A DNA stretch of 64,000 bases. It comes from Lophium mytilinum (Eukaryota). Numbering within the stretch: position 1 is the first letter of the stretch; every line of letters begins with the position of its first letter. The translations under genes were made by a program, and so were the position numbers. The notes below the pieces were generated by a model that was not told the DNA's origin, made no database searches, and saw nothing but the letters and a program-made list of their open reading frames with translations. The stretch spans positions 720,323 through 784,322 of the forward strand of contig MU004194.1 of assembly GCA_010093605.1 (NCBI GenBank), given 5' to 3'. Positions 12,206-23,800 of the stretch are shown here, in pieces.

Positions 12206-13146
12206 GCTTCGGCAGGAGGGGACCTGGTGACATTACACGCGAAAGTAAAGACGCGACACGATACCGAGCCCTGGGAGACGACCTACATTTAACGTTGCTC
12301 CACCCCGCAGTAGTTTATCCCCCAAAAAAGCGCACTGGGTGTGCAATACGAAGATAGCGGCATGGACACAGTGCCTTGCAGAGCTGAGGTGCGGAGATTG
12401 GTGGGACAAGTAGGGATGGGCATATTAGAGGCCAGGAGATGAACGGCAGAGAAACGGCATGCCGCCTCGGGAACATGGATCTCCCCGTGTTTTCTCGCAT
12501 TCAGCCTCGCACAGATTGATTGTGTTGGTATAATTGGTATAGCCAAGCTCGTATCCACACAGCCTCAGCGCCACCGTACTTGGTGGAGGTGTGTTATCGC
12601 TTGATCCAGCACCGGACGTGACATGGCACGATAATGATGGACTGGTGTCATGGATTGAGAAAAGCTAGAGCATGATGTTCGTAGTGACGGAAACGGAAGG
12701 GTGAGAAACGGGACGATGTCCAGGGCTGAGAGGATGAAGGTGAAGTATAAGTACTGCGCGTGCTGTGCGTACTTCTGGGGCTATCTAATCTCCCCAACTA
12801 CGTCAGCGACTCTAGAGATTTAGACACTGCACACAGTAGGAATGAGACAGCATTGGATCATTCGTGCCCGCGCCTTACATAGAACACAGAGCTTCCAAAG
12901 TTTTGTGCATCTATTGAAAACTTCGGGGAGTCTGCAACATCGGAACTGGGCCGCAACAACAGCGAAAACTATCTTTCATCTCATGCTTCTTGGTCCATCA
13001 GCACTCGCTCATTAGGACTGGTGTTGAACTTACGAGAGTAGTAATACACTTACCATGAAGTGCGATACACCAACAATGACATCCAACGCGCTCTCATCCG
13101 AATCGCAGCTTCACAGTTACCCCCAAACTTCCGGCACCAAGTGGAA

Positions 13147-13815
13147 TTACTGTTCGTGAGACTGGTGCGACCGATACTCGTAATAGTCCGCCCCTTCCCA
13201 GACTGGAAACCGATCCCCGCAGTCCGCAGCCGTTTCAACGAAAGCCTTTTCAACTCTCTCCAGCGTGGTGATGTTCTCGCCGTTGCTAGGGATAGCTTGA
13301 AGGAACTTCATCAGGACATCTTCGCCGTCATAATACACCCGGTCGTCCCAGAAGTGTGCCGCTCGTACGAATGCGTGGTATAACCAATCGTACTTGATCT
13401 GATCCTTCTCGCCGAAATGGCGCACGCCCAATAATAGGAGGAATCGCTCTATGTTGACGAATCCGATGTGTGGCTCGGTGTTATCAAAATTCCCGAAATC
13501 GAACCGTTTCCTGGAACCGGTTAGTCGTCACACTCACGAATATAGGCCTGAGGAATCTCGTTACCTCCACACCGGATTTCTCCAGCCTGACTTGGGCCTA
13601 TTTTCGGCTTGCCAAGAGTCTTCGCTTGATGAGTACGTCGATGATTGTTCAGATTCGTGCAAAGAGTTTGAGTCGCCCTTTGAATGTGGCACAGGACTAG
13701 AATTAGAGCCGTGAAGAGATAGCGCCGGGCCATTGTGTTCTCTGTTCGATGAAGAATCCGATTTAGAATCCGATGCTGTTGGCAAAGCTTTGTAGTCAGA
13801 GCCGTCGCTGGCCAT
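13147..13815 (-). CDS. Hypothetical protein of about 205 aa (exons 13815-13565 and 13510-13147)
   Basis: ATG 13815 (MASDGSDYK), Ser-rich N-terminus, intron GTAACG...CTAAC...CCAG joining in frame to a globular-looking segment (KRFDFGNFDNTEPHIGFVNIERFLLLLGVRHF...WLYHAFVRAAHFWDDRVYY). Family not recognised. Confidence 0.6.
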
Positions 13816-14091
13816 TGGAGATGATGATGAAGTAAAGCTAGTGAAGAGATGCCCGGAACCAAGCGCGTCCGAGACACAGCGTAGTGAGGGAGGTGGTCGT
13901 CGTAGCAAAGTGGGAGTCTGCGCTGGGGAGATGAGTCCGACTTGGCTCTCGGATGCAGTGGACGTGGTCAAGTTGCTCCTCTTGCTTTGTGGTTAGAACA
14001 ATGGCCTTATGCTCCGGGGATGCTATAGACACTCAGCCGCTCTTTCTGATGAAAATTTGTTTTGATCAGGATCAGAAGCTGCAGATGCGCC

Positions 14092-15220
14092 ATGGACAGA
14101 GCAGGATCGCCGCGAGGTCCTCCTGATACCTTCCTAACCATGAATGCGACGTGAAGGTAGACACTATACATATTAGGCACTTTTTTAATCAGTAGAACAT
14201 GTGCAACTTGGGCTACTCCCAACGGTGCTATTGAGAGTGCAAGATTGTAGCCGCGGGAGTATGATATCAAACTCTCAGGCCTCTTAAACCGTAAATTCGA
14301 GGTTAGTGCAAACACTATAGAGATTAAACGAGCTTTAAGTAATAAGCCACTTGCTAGTCAGGCCGCCCCCCACAGTGCTTTCAAGCGCGCAAGAGTAAAT
14401 CCACGGAAGTATAATACCAAACCTATAGGCTTTTGTAAACAAGAATACGAGGCTAGAGTAAGCACCACAGATATTAAGCTACTTTCTACTATTAATATAC
14501 CTACTACTTAGGCTACTCCCTATAGCGCTATCAAGTACGCAAGAGTAAAGCCGCGCAAGTATAATCTTAAACTTGTAGGCCTTTCTAAACGAGAATGTGA
14601 GGCCAGAGTAAACATCATGGATATCAAGCAACCTTTTCACTGCCACGTCACTTGCTAGTAGGGCCACTCCCAACGGTGCCATCGAGCGCGCAAGTACAAC
14701 AACCAAGCAGTTGCACATCCATTTCGTTCACGATTACATGGGGATTCGTGATCCCTAGTTTCGAGTTCATCACTTCAACACCTCCTAACTCGCACATGAG
14801 CCTAGCAGAATTAGTTCAAAGTTATGTAGAACTTTTAAGATTTTCTACCAGAAAGATCATCGAGATCAAAGCCCCAATCGCTTGCCAACCCTGGACCCAT
14901 CCGAATTCGCATTAGTGTCTTGAAGCTCTCGGGTATCCGCTGCCCCATCTTCCGTCACTTCGATGGCTACCTTTTTACGGGCTAGAGACCTGCTAGCGGG
15001 GCTACTCCTGACAGTGGTATCAAGCATCCAAGATCGATAAGCGGGCGTTGACATTTCCGCGCATGCAGTCCTCTAATTCGCATATACCGTAGAAATCCAA
15101 TCTGACGATCGAGGCCATAAATACTAGGCTACCTTTTGACAGACTAGAGATCTACTAGCGGGGCTGCTCCTTACAGTGGCATCAAGAGTACAAGACTGAG
15201 AGGCTGGCGGTGGTATATCC
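14092..15220 (+). pseudogene. Degenerate gene built from 150-bp (50-aa) tandem units with RIP-like damage
   Basis: Unit anchors ggc(t/c)(a/g)c(t/c)ccc at 14211, 14361, 14511, 14662 and related units at 15000 and 15162. The + frame from ATG 14092 reads ATPNGAIESARL*PREYDIK / AAPHSAFKRARVNPRKYNTK / ATPYSAIKYARVKPRKYNLK. TpA-rich. Confidence 0.6.
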
Positions 15221-15521
15221 ATGGGCCCTACCGCATGACCTAGTACTGGACAAAGGAAGGCCGCGATGTTACGAAGTTCAAATCACACTGTCATTGCACA
15301 GGATGGTAAAAGAAGTAAGTTCAAACTACAACTACGTCCATGTAGACTAGAACTAGCACGTGGCCCCCAACTCCACCTCCTATATATTGCCTTGTAATAA
15401 CACATAGCTGTTAGGCTATGCGTCGTAACTAACACCATATAGAAGCGAGCTGGTCTATACCCACAAACTAGCTACCCAACACCTCGCAACCGCCAGAAAA
15501 AACAGCCCACGAGATCACCAT

Positions 15522-18500
15522 CTAGTGCTCGATACCGTCTTCGTTCCGCTCTCTATCCCGCTGCACTCGTCGCGCTCCGCCGACTCCCAAACCTGCCCCC
15601 CCAATTGAATCCTGCATGTTAGTCTCCCAGCCTCCAGCCTCCCGGAACCGGCACGATATCATCCCAAGGATACCGCAGAAAAGAATGATAGATGATTCCC
15701 ATAGCTTAGGGACGACGAAGTAGCTGAACAGGCACACCCCGATTGTCAAGGCTAACAGTATCAACATCTTGAGCAGTACAGATGTAACTGTGTTGACACC
15801 TTGAATAGGCTTCTTCCTATTGGACAGGATTTCTTGAACGTTGTCGGGAAGTTCAGTTTCCGTCTCCAGCAGGTTGCCACGGCTGTCAGTGGCGGCCTGG
15901 GTCTCCAGCAGTTCCTCTGTGGATATGGGAATCCCAACATCAAGGGAAACAGGAGGAGGTGCATGAGTATCTTTGCTGCTGGCGGAAACGGTGCCAGCAG
16001 ACTCTTCGAACGCGAAAACCTCTGTGATGACGACCGTGAATGTTGGAACTCGGTCCAACAGTCGAGTAGTATGCTTGGGAAACATCGCGAGTTCTTCGGG
16101 GCGAAGCATTGGATCCTCGGGGTCGTAAGGTTCCTGGTCTAGGAGTTGGGTAGTATTCGTGGATGATTTCGCGATTTCTTCGGGGCGAAGCATCGGATCC
16201 TCGGGGTCGTAAGGTTCCGTCAGCAGGTCGATTTCGTCGGCCATGGTCTCACCTGCATCCTTTTCGTCACCGTGGTCTGAGAGCTCCTTGACAATACTGT
16301 CGTGTGGCGTCGGATGAAGAGCATGCTGATGTTCGATCGAGGTGGCAAGAGTTTGGTCAATCTCAGGCTCCTCTTCGTCCTCCCATATCGTGTCGAGGAC
16401 TTCGCCATCTTCAATATCTTCCCATGCCTCATCATCTTCATTGGTGCCCTGCTCGTCGTGGGCGTCCTCGGAAGAGTCATCATCATTCTCCTCAACGAGG
16501 TACTGAATTCCACCCGCAGGCTCTTCTCGCTCTGGAAGACCGTCAGGTCCGATGGCAATGCGGTCGAACATGCTTCGCTTGGGGAGGATATTTGCCTGTA
16601 ATGCCATGTCTTCTTCGGGGCCTTCATCAGAAAGCTCTTCAGTGCCTGAAGCAGATTGAGCCTCTGAAGCCTCATCCTCGTCCGAGCACTCCTCGGCAAT
16701 GGTGTCCAGTTCTGGCTGGTAACCGACCCCGCCGTCTTCATTATCGCCTTCTTCAAAACCTTCAGCATCTTCGTCTTCATCGTCAGACTCCCAGTCCTCT
16801 CCAAAGATTTCTTTCACGGCATCCACCGACACGAACTGAACCTCTTGGCCTGCTGCAACATCCCTCACTGGTTGTCCATCGGGTCCGTACTCGATACGAT
16901 CAAAAAGCGACCGGCTCTTGGGCTTTGTTGCCTCCTGATGCTCCCGTGAACCCTCGCTGATGATGCTCGGTATGCCGTCAGTCGAATCTTCCACCGTAAC
17001 CTTTTCCTCATGAAATTGGAGAGTGGAATCGTCCGTCGTATTGGTCAACTCGGTGATGATAGGAGTCATAATAGTCTCCTTTGATGCTTTCTCGACGGTG
17101 GAAGCCTTGTCCGAAGATTCGGCTGCTTCAAGAGGTAAATCATCCTCTAAAGGATCTTTCGATGGGACATCGGCGGTGTTGGACTCGGTAGGAAGAGGTG
17201 TAGTTCCTGCGTCGGCAGCAATGAACTGCTCTGCGACCTCGAGGTCCTCTTCCAGGACAAGCTCTGGGGATACCGCCACAGTTTTGCCACGGCTCTCGGT
17301 TGGTGAAGAATCGAGAACATTTGAGGAAAGCTGTGGCTCATCCACCGACCCGTCTTCCTCTTCTGACGTGCTGTCCTCTTCCGATAATTCCGGTGTGCTC
17401 TCGAGATAAGTGCCTTCATTTAGCACTAGGGTTTCGGATGGTGCTGAATCGTCGTCCGAAGATTCAGTCGTTTCCGCAACCTCAGTCTCTGTGATGGAGA
17501 TTTCCGATCCAGTCAAATCATCGCCGTTTGTAACTGGACAAATCAGGGGCGGGGGTGTCGAGTCGGCTGTTACATTGCTTGAAGATCCCCCAAATTGGAA
17601 TGCGAAGGAGGAGTCGCCGGAGATATTCGAGAGAAACGAAGTGCCCGACGTGCTCGAGCCTGATGTAGATGAATTCGATGAGGAGTTGGAGGGGTTCGCA
17701 CGATGTCGGCCGGAAGTCGGCTTCTTAGTGGGAAGAGTTGGGGGTGCAGTCCAAGTTCCTTCCAAAGTCTGTAAGTATGGCAAATCTTTCGCCTCAGGCT
17801 CCATCGCCTTCTTCTTTGCCTCATTCTCCGCCTCCTTCTCCGCCACGAGCGTTGTAACTGCCTTGGCGGTGGCTGCATTTAGCAGATCTTCTTCGATCTG
17901 TCTCTCTTTCTTCAGCAACTCTTCTTGGACCTGCTGCTCTTCCTTCAACAACTCTTCGTGTGCCTCCTTTTCCTTCTTGGTCAAGGCGACATTGCTCGGC
18001 GGCACCGCGGCCCCATTGGAGCTGCTCTGCTGACTGTTAGTGTCGAGGATATATCTGCTGGAGGATGGTGGACTTACGATTTGTGACCGACGAGCAGCAG
18101 GTGCTTGCTTCTTACCCGACCGCTTTGACTTCAGAAGCTCATGGAACCTCTTGCGAACTTCTGGATCTGCCTTCTTTGGCCCTGTCCGCTCTTTGGTTTC
18201 GTTCGATGTCGCCTCTGCGGCCTCTTGCCTAGCCTTGAGAAGCGCCGCTTGCTCCAATGCGGCAGCCGCCTTGGCTTGCTTCTGCTTGACTTTCTCCGCC
18301 TTCCGCTTCAACTTCTTCTTTTCCTCCTTGGAGACCCTAGTTTCTTCGACCGGGTTTTCGATAGTTAAGGTCGCTTTATCGGCGGATAGTTTGGTCGGAG
18401 CCTTGGCAGTGTCTTCTAGGTACACAGCGGGCTTGACCGACGGCTTCTGGAGCTCCTTAGCCGGGGGATCGACAGTTCCAGTAGTTTGGTTCTTGATCGT

Positions 18501-19076
18501 AGTCTCCTTCTGAGGCGGCAAAGCAGCTTTGGTATCCTTGGGGGTTGCGCGAACAGGGGTAGGAGCCGACTTCAGGGCGGACCGGGCGCCTGAAGGCTTG
18601 GTCTGTTTGGTGGTGATTCGGATGTTTGGAAGTTCAGCGGCAAGAGTGAACTGAGCCAGGGGCAATGGCTTCGAGGCGGCGGCTTTGGCGAAGCTCATAG
18701 TGACAGGCTCCTCCTTCTTCTCCTTGGCCTTCTTGGCGTCATTGAGAGAGGCAGAGATGGCAACACGCATCTCCTCCTCCTCCTCCTTGGTGATCGAGCC
18801 CTCCTTCAGCATCTGGTCGATAACTTTCTGGGTCTCAGCGAAGTTGTCGATCTTGGCCATCATGTCCTCGCCGTTGCTGGCTGAACCAGTGGTCTTGATG
18901 GAGGAATTGGGACCGTTCGCCTTCTTCGCTTTCTTGAAATTCATCGGCTTTTGGTTGACGATTCGGGTGGTGGCGCTTCCCAAGACCACAGAGTTCTTCT
19001 TCTCAAGGGCTGCCTTCGCCTTCTTGTCCTTCTTGCTAACGACGACGGTGAAGCCCGACATGTTGGAAGAAGACAT
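15522..19076 (-). CDS. 1184-aa intronless orphan: Lys-rich N-half, very acidic C-half, two C-terminal hydrophobic segments
   Basis: Uninterrupted 3.5 kb ORF; coiled-coil-like stretches; hydrophobic segments VLLKMLILLALTIGVCLFSYFVV and SIILFCGILGMISC; internal repeats. Confidence 0.85.
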   Translation of the reverse strand: MSSSNMSGFTVVVSKKDKKAKAALEKKNSVVLGSATTRIVNQKPMNFKKAKKANGPNSSIKTTGSASNGEDMMAKIDNFAETQKVIDQMLKEGSITKEEEEEMRVAISASLNDAKKAKEKKEEPVTMSFAKAAASKPLPLAQFTLAAELPNIRITTKQTKPSGARSALKSAPTPVRATPKDTKAALPPQKETTIKNQTTGTVDPPAKELQKPSVKPAVYLEDTAKAPTKLSADKATLTIENPVEETRVSKEEKKKLKRKAEKVKQKQAKAAAALEQAALLKARQEAAEATSNETKERTGPKKADPEVRKRFHELLKSKRSGKKQAPAARRSQIVSPPSSSRYILDTNSQQSSSNGAAVPPSNVALTKKEKEAHEELLKEEQQVQEELLKKERQIEEDLLNAATAKAVTTLVAEKEAENEAKKKAMEPEAKDLPYLQTLEGTWTAPPTLPTKKPTSGRHRANPSNSSSNSSTSGSSTSGTSFLSNISGDSSFAFQFGGSSSNVTADSTPPPLICPVTNGDDLTGSEISITETEVAETTESSDDDSAPSETLVLNEGTYLESTPELSEEDSTSEEEDGSVDEPQLSSNVLDSSPTESRGKTVAVSPELVLEEDLEVAEQFIAADAGTTPLPTESNTADVPSKDPLEDDLPLEAAESSDKASTVEKASKETIMTPIITELTNTTDDSTLQFHEEKVTVEDSTDGIPSIISEGSREHQEATKPKSRSLFDRIEYGPDGQPVRDVAAGQEVQFVSVDAVKEIFGEDWESDDEDEDAEGFEEGDNEDGGVGYQPELDTIAEECSDEDEASEAQSASGTEELSDEGPEEDMALQANILPKRSMFDRIAIGPDGLPEREEPAGGIQYLVEENDDDSSEDAHDEQGTNEDDEAWEDIEDGEVLDTIWEDEEEPEIDQTLATSIEHQHALHPTPHDSIVKELSDHGDEKDAGETMADEIDLLTEPYDPEDPMLRPEEIAKSSTNTTQLLDQEPYDPEDPMLRPEELAMFPKHTTRLLDRVPTFTVVITEVFAFEESAGTVSASSKDTHAPPPVSLDVGIPISTEELLETQAATDSRGNLLETETELPDNVQEILSNRKKPIQGVNTVTSVLLKMLILLALTIGVCLFSYFVVPKLWESSIILFCGILGMISCRFREAGGWETNMQDSIGGAGLGVGGARRVQRDRERNEDGIEH

Positions 19077-19703
19077 TTTGATGGAAGATGGTGTTTCGAA
19101 AGTGGAGTTGATGAGAGTGGAGTTGTTGGGTTACAAGGAAGCTGAGGTGGAGTGTCTGGATGCGAGATAGAGTTAGTGGATTGATTGAAGGTGGTGGATC
19201 GAAGCAGTGGTTGTGGTGTGGGGTGGTGTGGAAGGGTGGTGGATTTGGAAGCAAATGATTGAAACAAATGTCAGGAATGAGTGGTCTAAATACAGAAGAA
19301 GTTCAAGACAGGAAGTGAATGAAAGGTTGAGAGGATATGGATGTGGGTGTGGGTGTGGAGCAGAACGATGACGAAGTAACAAGAAAAGGTTGGGAAGTGT
19401 AGTGAATGATCACGGAGGGAAGGACGGGGATGTGGGATGGGTGTTGTGGAATGGTTGGTGAACGGCAACGAAGAGGTGGAGTGGGCAGAGGATAAGTAAT
19501 AGAAGAGGAATGAGAAGAGGAGGAAACTAGAAGCTGAGATGATATTGGAACTGGAGAGGTACTTACGATTTTGATGTTGGAATGTTGGATTGGGTGGATG
19601 CTGGTTGTTGGAGAACAGAGGCTCTTTGGTGTGGTGGGTGGTCTTCAAGGTTGATGGAGACGCGAACGAGTTTCTGTGATGAATTCTCAATCGGGAACGA
19701 GGT

Positions 19704-19711
19704 CTTTTTAT
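19704..19711 (-). promoter_or_regulatory. Candidate TATA box for the 1184-aa gene
   Basis: TATAAAAA on the - strand, followed by a long C/A-rich leader with a GTAAGT donor at 19566 (possible 5' UTR intron ending near 19286). Confidence 0.4.
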
Positions 19712-20823
19712 ACCCCCAACGAAATTAAGGATCACACCCTGCCGCGCATCCTGTGCCGGCTTCCAGAAACCCGCCGAAGCAGAGGCACAGTGAAAGCACC
19801 CGTCCGCGCGCCTCCAGGGCAGGCGGCTGGCCGCGGTCGTCCCAGATCACCACCTCCTTCTCCGGCACATATAAACCAACCCACGCTTAACACCGGGTCT
19901 TCTATTCAATCGTGCACACCACGCACCCCACAACTTCCTTTTGGCCTGTATCCACGACTTTCTCTGCACTGCAGGGACGTTGGATGTCAAGTGTTGCCGG
20001 CGACCGGGACGTGACGTAAGGCCGGGGCCCGTCCATAGGCGGCTATAATTCTTGAGTATCTTTTCCTTTGCTTTCTATTATATTTTTGGTAGATGATGAT
20101 GGTAGTCATATCCCCTAATGGTGATGAGCCGCACCTATACGCAGTGTAGACGGTGAACTACCAAGAACGGAGAAGGCCAGCAATCTGTTAGAGTATCCAT
20201 GCTCACCAGCAGTGTCTTCCGGAGACATCTAGCACTTGTAAGGAGCGATGGCGGCTCATCTAAGTATATGGATGTAGCAAACGAACCGTCTTATTTCGAG
20301 AGCATCATGCAAAATTGTGAAGTGGCTTCGCAATTCCGCTTCGTTTACTTCAAACGATGCTCTTCCCTCGACACATTTTCAGTGTCCATTTGAAAAGTCC
20401 TCGAGCAACTCGAGCCCCTCCACGGCCTCTCGTATTTAGCAAAGGAACTTGAGATCCTGCCGCCCTTTCCGAAAGATCTTACTCTGTCTGATCAGCGGAT
20501 TGAATGCTTTACGAAATACCATCTCGTTCATAGTCCGTCCACAATGAAATGATAAGAAACAGTAAGAAACCTCACCTCATACTCACATTCCTATACAAAG
20601 ACAACTCAAAAGATAGTAGAATCAATTATGCATATGATGGTACACGGTACCTTTCTAATAACCTACCCAGACGCCAAAGTGCCGCAGTGTTCCGGCCTAG
20701 CCGCAATATATACAAGAACCCGCCTCATAAGATATGCTAAACACGAATCTACCTCGTGGATCGTACTCCCCAAGCCCCAGTCGATCTACGCCGCCTAATC
20801 AATCATCAAGTCGTGCCCACCCG

Positions 20824-23800
20824 CTACCTAGTACTGCGCGTAGCCTCAAGCGCTTTCTCAAGTCCAACGAGCCTCAAACTTTTTCCCCTGCCCAACTTCC
20901 CCTGCATCAGCCCTGCTGCGGGCACAAGCGCGTCGTTCCAGTGGCGGAACACGGCTTTCATATCGCGCGGCACGCCTTCGAGCACGACGGTGGTGACGGG
21001 GACGAAGGGGCGGTCTTCGGCCGAGGCGGCGAGGATGCCGTACTCCTGTGCGAAGAGGAGCGCGGTGGAGAACGCAGTAGATTGGGAGCGGGAAGTGGAG
21101 CCGACGATACTAATTCACTCGCGTATCAGTAAACCCTTCTTGTAAAATACACGATCTAACAAGGGATGGATTCACAACTCACATATAAATCTCAAAAAAC
21201 GCATCCAACACAAAAACATGCTCAGGGTCCAAATCGCGCTGCACAAACGGCGCAACCTCCACAACCTTCGTAGTCGCGTTGGGCGAGCTCGGGGGTAGCG
21301 GTGATTTCGGTGTCGACGGGGTCTGCGGGCGCGGTGAGGTTGGCGACGATGCTCCTTTAATGTCTTGCCACGATGGCCGGCGCATTCTCGTGAAGAAGGA
21401 GCTCACCTGCAACCCGGCTCCCGCCCCTGTCATCCATCCTGATCCTCCCTGAGCGCCCTGGTGCTGCTGCTCCACGCGGAACAGCCGCGCGCGGTACTTG
21501 TCGCTGGTTTTCTTGTACCGCCAGTGGTCGGCGGATCGTGGGACAGCGGCGGCCTGCTTGCCCTTAGCGGTTGTGCTGGTGTTGTCGGTCGCAGGGAAGG
21601 CGGAGAAGAAGTCGGGGGTTTCATTGCCTTCGTGGATCTCGACGAGCTCACCGGAGGAGCCGAGATCCATGCCCATGAGGCGGGCGCCGGAGACTTCTTC
21701 TTCGGAGCAGCCAGCGCCACGCCAGAGGAAGACGGCGCCGGTAGAAGTGGAGATGAGGTACGGGAAGCCGGAGCAGAGACTCTTAAGCGAGAGCTCGACT
21801 TCATCGAATGCGATATGGCCGAGGTGACGACGCCCACAGAGCATGTACTGACGGGGTCCAGGTCGTGATCCGCGGCGTGTGATTACGATCCCGCCAAGCG
21901 CCTCGAAAAAATATGGTGTCTCTTTTCCTTGTCTCAAGACGATGAGCTTGCCGCCATATTTCTTCGCCTCGTTCCTAGCAAAGAGTTGGACATCCTCAAC
22001 GGTAGCGTCTGCTACATCATTTCCAGCCCACAGATAAACTTCGTTGACTTTTGCTCCTTTCGAGTCTCCAAAAGAATGAGTAATGAGATACATAGATTCC
22101 TGGTACAGAACGTGTTCTTCTTGCATTGGTATTGGTGACAGCTGACCACTTCCAGAGATCTCCTTTATGCTTTTGCGTAGTGTTCTGATCTTTCCCGAAT
22201 CAAGTGGGCTGCTCGTCAGTACTTCTTGCGCATCGATATTGCTAGGAAGTTCGCCAGTGGTAACAGGTATCTCATCAAAGAATTCAGCGAAAACGTTGTC
22301 GGACTGGGCCTTTTTTTGAGTTTGAGATTTCCGAGGAGGTTCAGATTGCGGTCTTCCACCGCTCAGGGGAGGGGATGCTGGGTAGTGAGAGCCGAGAGCT
22401 TTCGGTGGAGTTGATTCTCGTCCAGATCTAGATGAAACAGACGAGGAAAATGCCCCTAATCCTAAGCCGAGAGGCTTAGGTTTTGGAGCTACTACAGACT
22501 GCTTGGTGGTTTGCTGTTGCTCCTCAGCGCGTGCCAAGCCAGCACTCTCCATAGCAGCTTGCTCATCTGCCTTCGTAGGTAGCTTAATGGGAGATTTTGA
22601 GCGTCCGAGCTCCGGTGAGGACGACTGGGACTGTCTACCCCATAGAGCTGTCGCGCTCTTGACTGAAAAGCGAGATGCTTCGGACTCCGACGTATCGTCA
22701 CCGGCAGTGACCTCTCGGGTTTGATCTAGGTTCGGAGAACGTTTTTCAGAACCTCGTTTTGATATCTGTAGAGGCTTGATGATAGTCTGTTGGGCAAATG
22801 CCTCCTCCATGGGCTTCGCAAAGGGCTTCTCGACTGCTTTGTCCAGTGGCTTTTCCGGCGGCGTTGGAAGGGGCCTCACGGGTAGTTTGAACAATTCGGG
22901 TTTTGAGGACGTTGATATACGGCTTGACATGAAATCCCTCCCAAAAGCCGACTCCGAAGGCTTGCTGCCGATAGGCGGCGAGAATCTACGCTCCAGCTCC
23001 GGCGACTGGGGTTTTCTCGGTAGTTCTGGCGACGCTGGCTTCTCTATTTTCTTATCAAGCTGTGGTGACTTTGCAGGTGCCAGAGGCTTCGGTTTAAGAG
23101 AGTTCCTCGAAGGTGTTGGTGTTTCAATAAGAGGATTCGACTCTACGGTGGTGGTGGGAGTAGACAAAGGGGCTGCGTTACTTAGCAGGATATCATGGCT
23201 TCTCACAAGTGACACGGATGCCACACGAGTGGCTTTGGGGGTAGATGGCTCTTCCTTTTTGGCCGCTGGAGCTCGTCTCTTGGGACCTCGGGCGCGGCCT
23301 TTGGTCATATGAGTCAACTCCGGTCCTGGTTCATCGGCCTCTTTTGATGTAGATCTAGCGGTGGGAACAGTCTCAGAGAAGCTGCTAGCCTTTGGAGCTC
23401 CGGTATTGCCAGCCAGCGGAGATGGACCTCGCGCAAGTATCCCGGCAAGCGCAGGATTAAAGCGATCTGATAACTTACTCCCTTTCACTGGTTCTTTCGC
23501 TTGCGGGGGAGGGGCTGCTTGTGGCTGCTTCTCTATAGAGACGGGCTTCGCATTCCCCTTCAAGCTCTTATGTCGAGAAAGTGCTTCTGGGGTTGTAGAA
23601 ACACGCTTTTCCTTGACAGGCGGAGGGTTCATGATACTTTCAGGTCTTCCAAGATTTTTCCTCTTGGCAATGGCCTCTGGTGTTGTCGGCGGCGGCACGG
23701 AACTCGAAGCTTTCGCTCTATCATTAAGTCCCTCTTCTGAAGCCTTGATCTTTATGGCCTCCTTTTGCTTGACCAGGCTCTCTTTCAATTCATCCTTACG

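Noticed and set aside
20102..20111. GTAGTCATAT matching the 5' end of 18S rRNA
   Set aside because: Only 10 nt, in sense orientation, with no flanking rRNA similarity.
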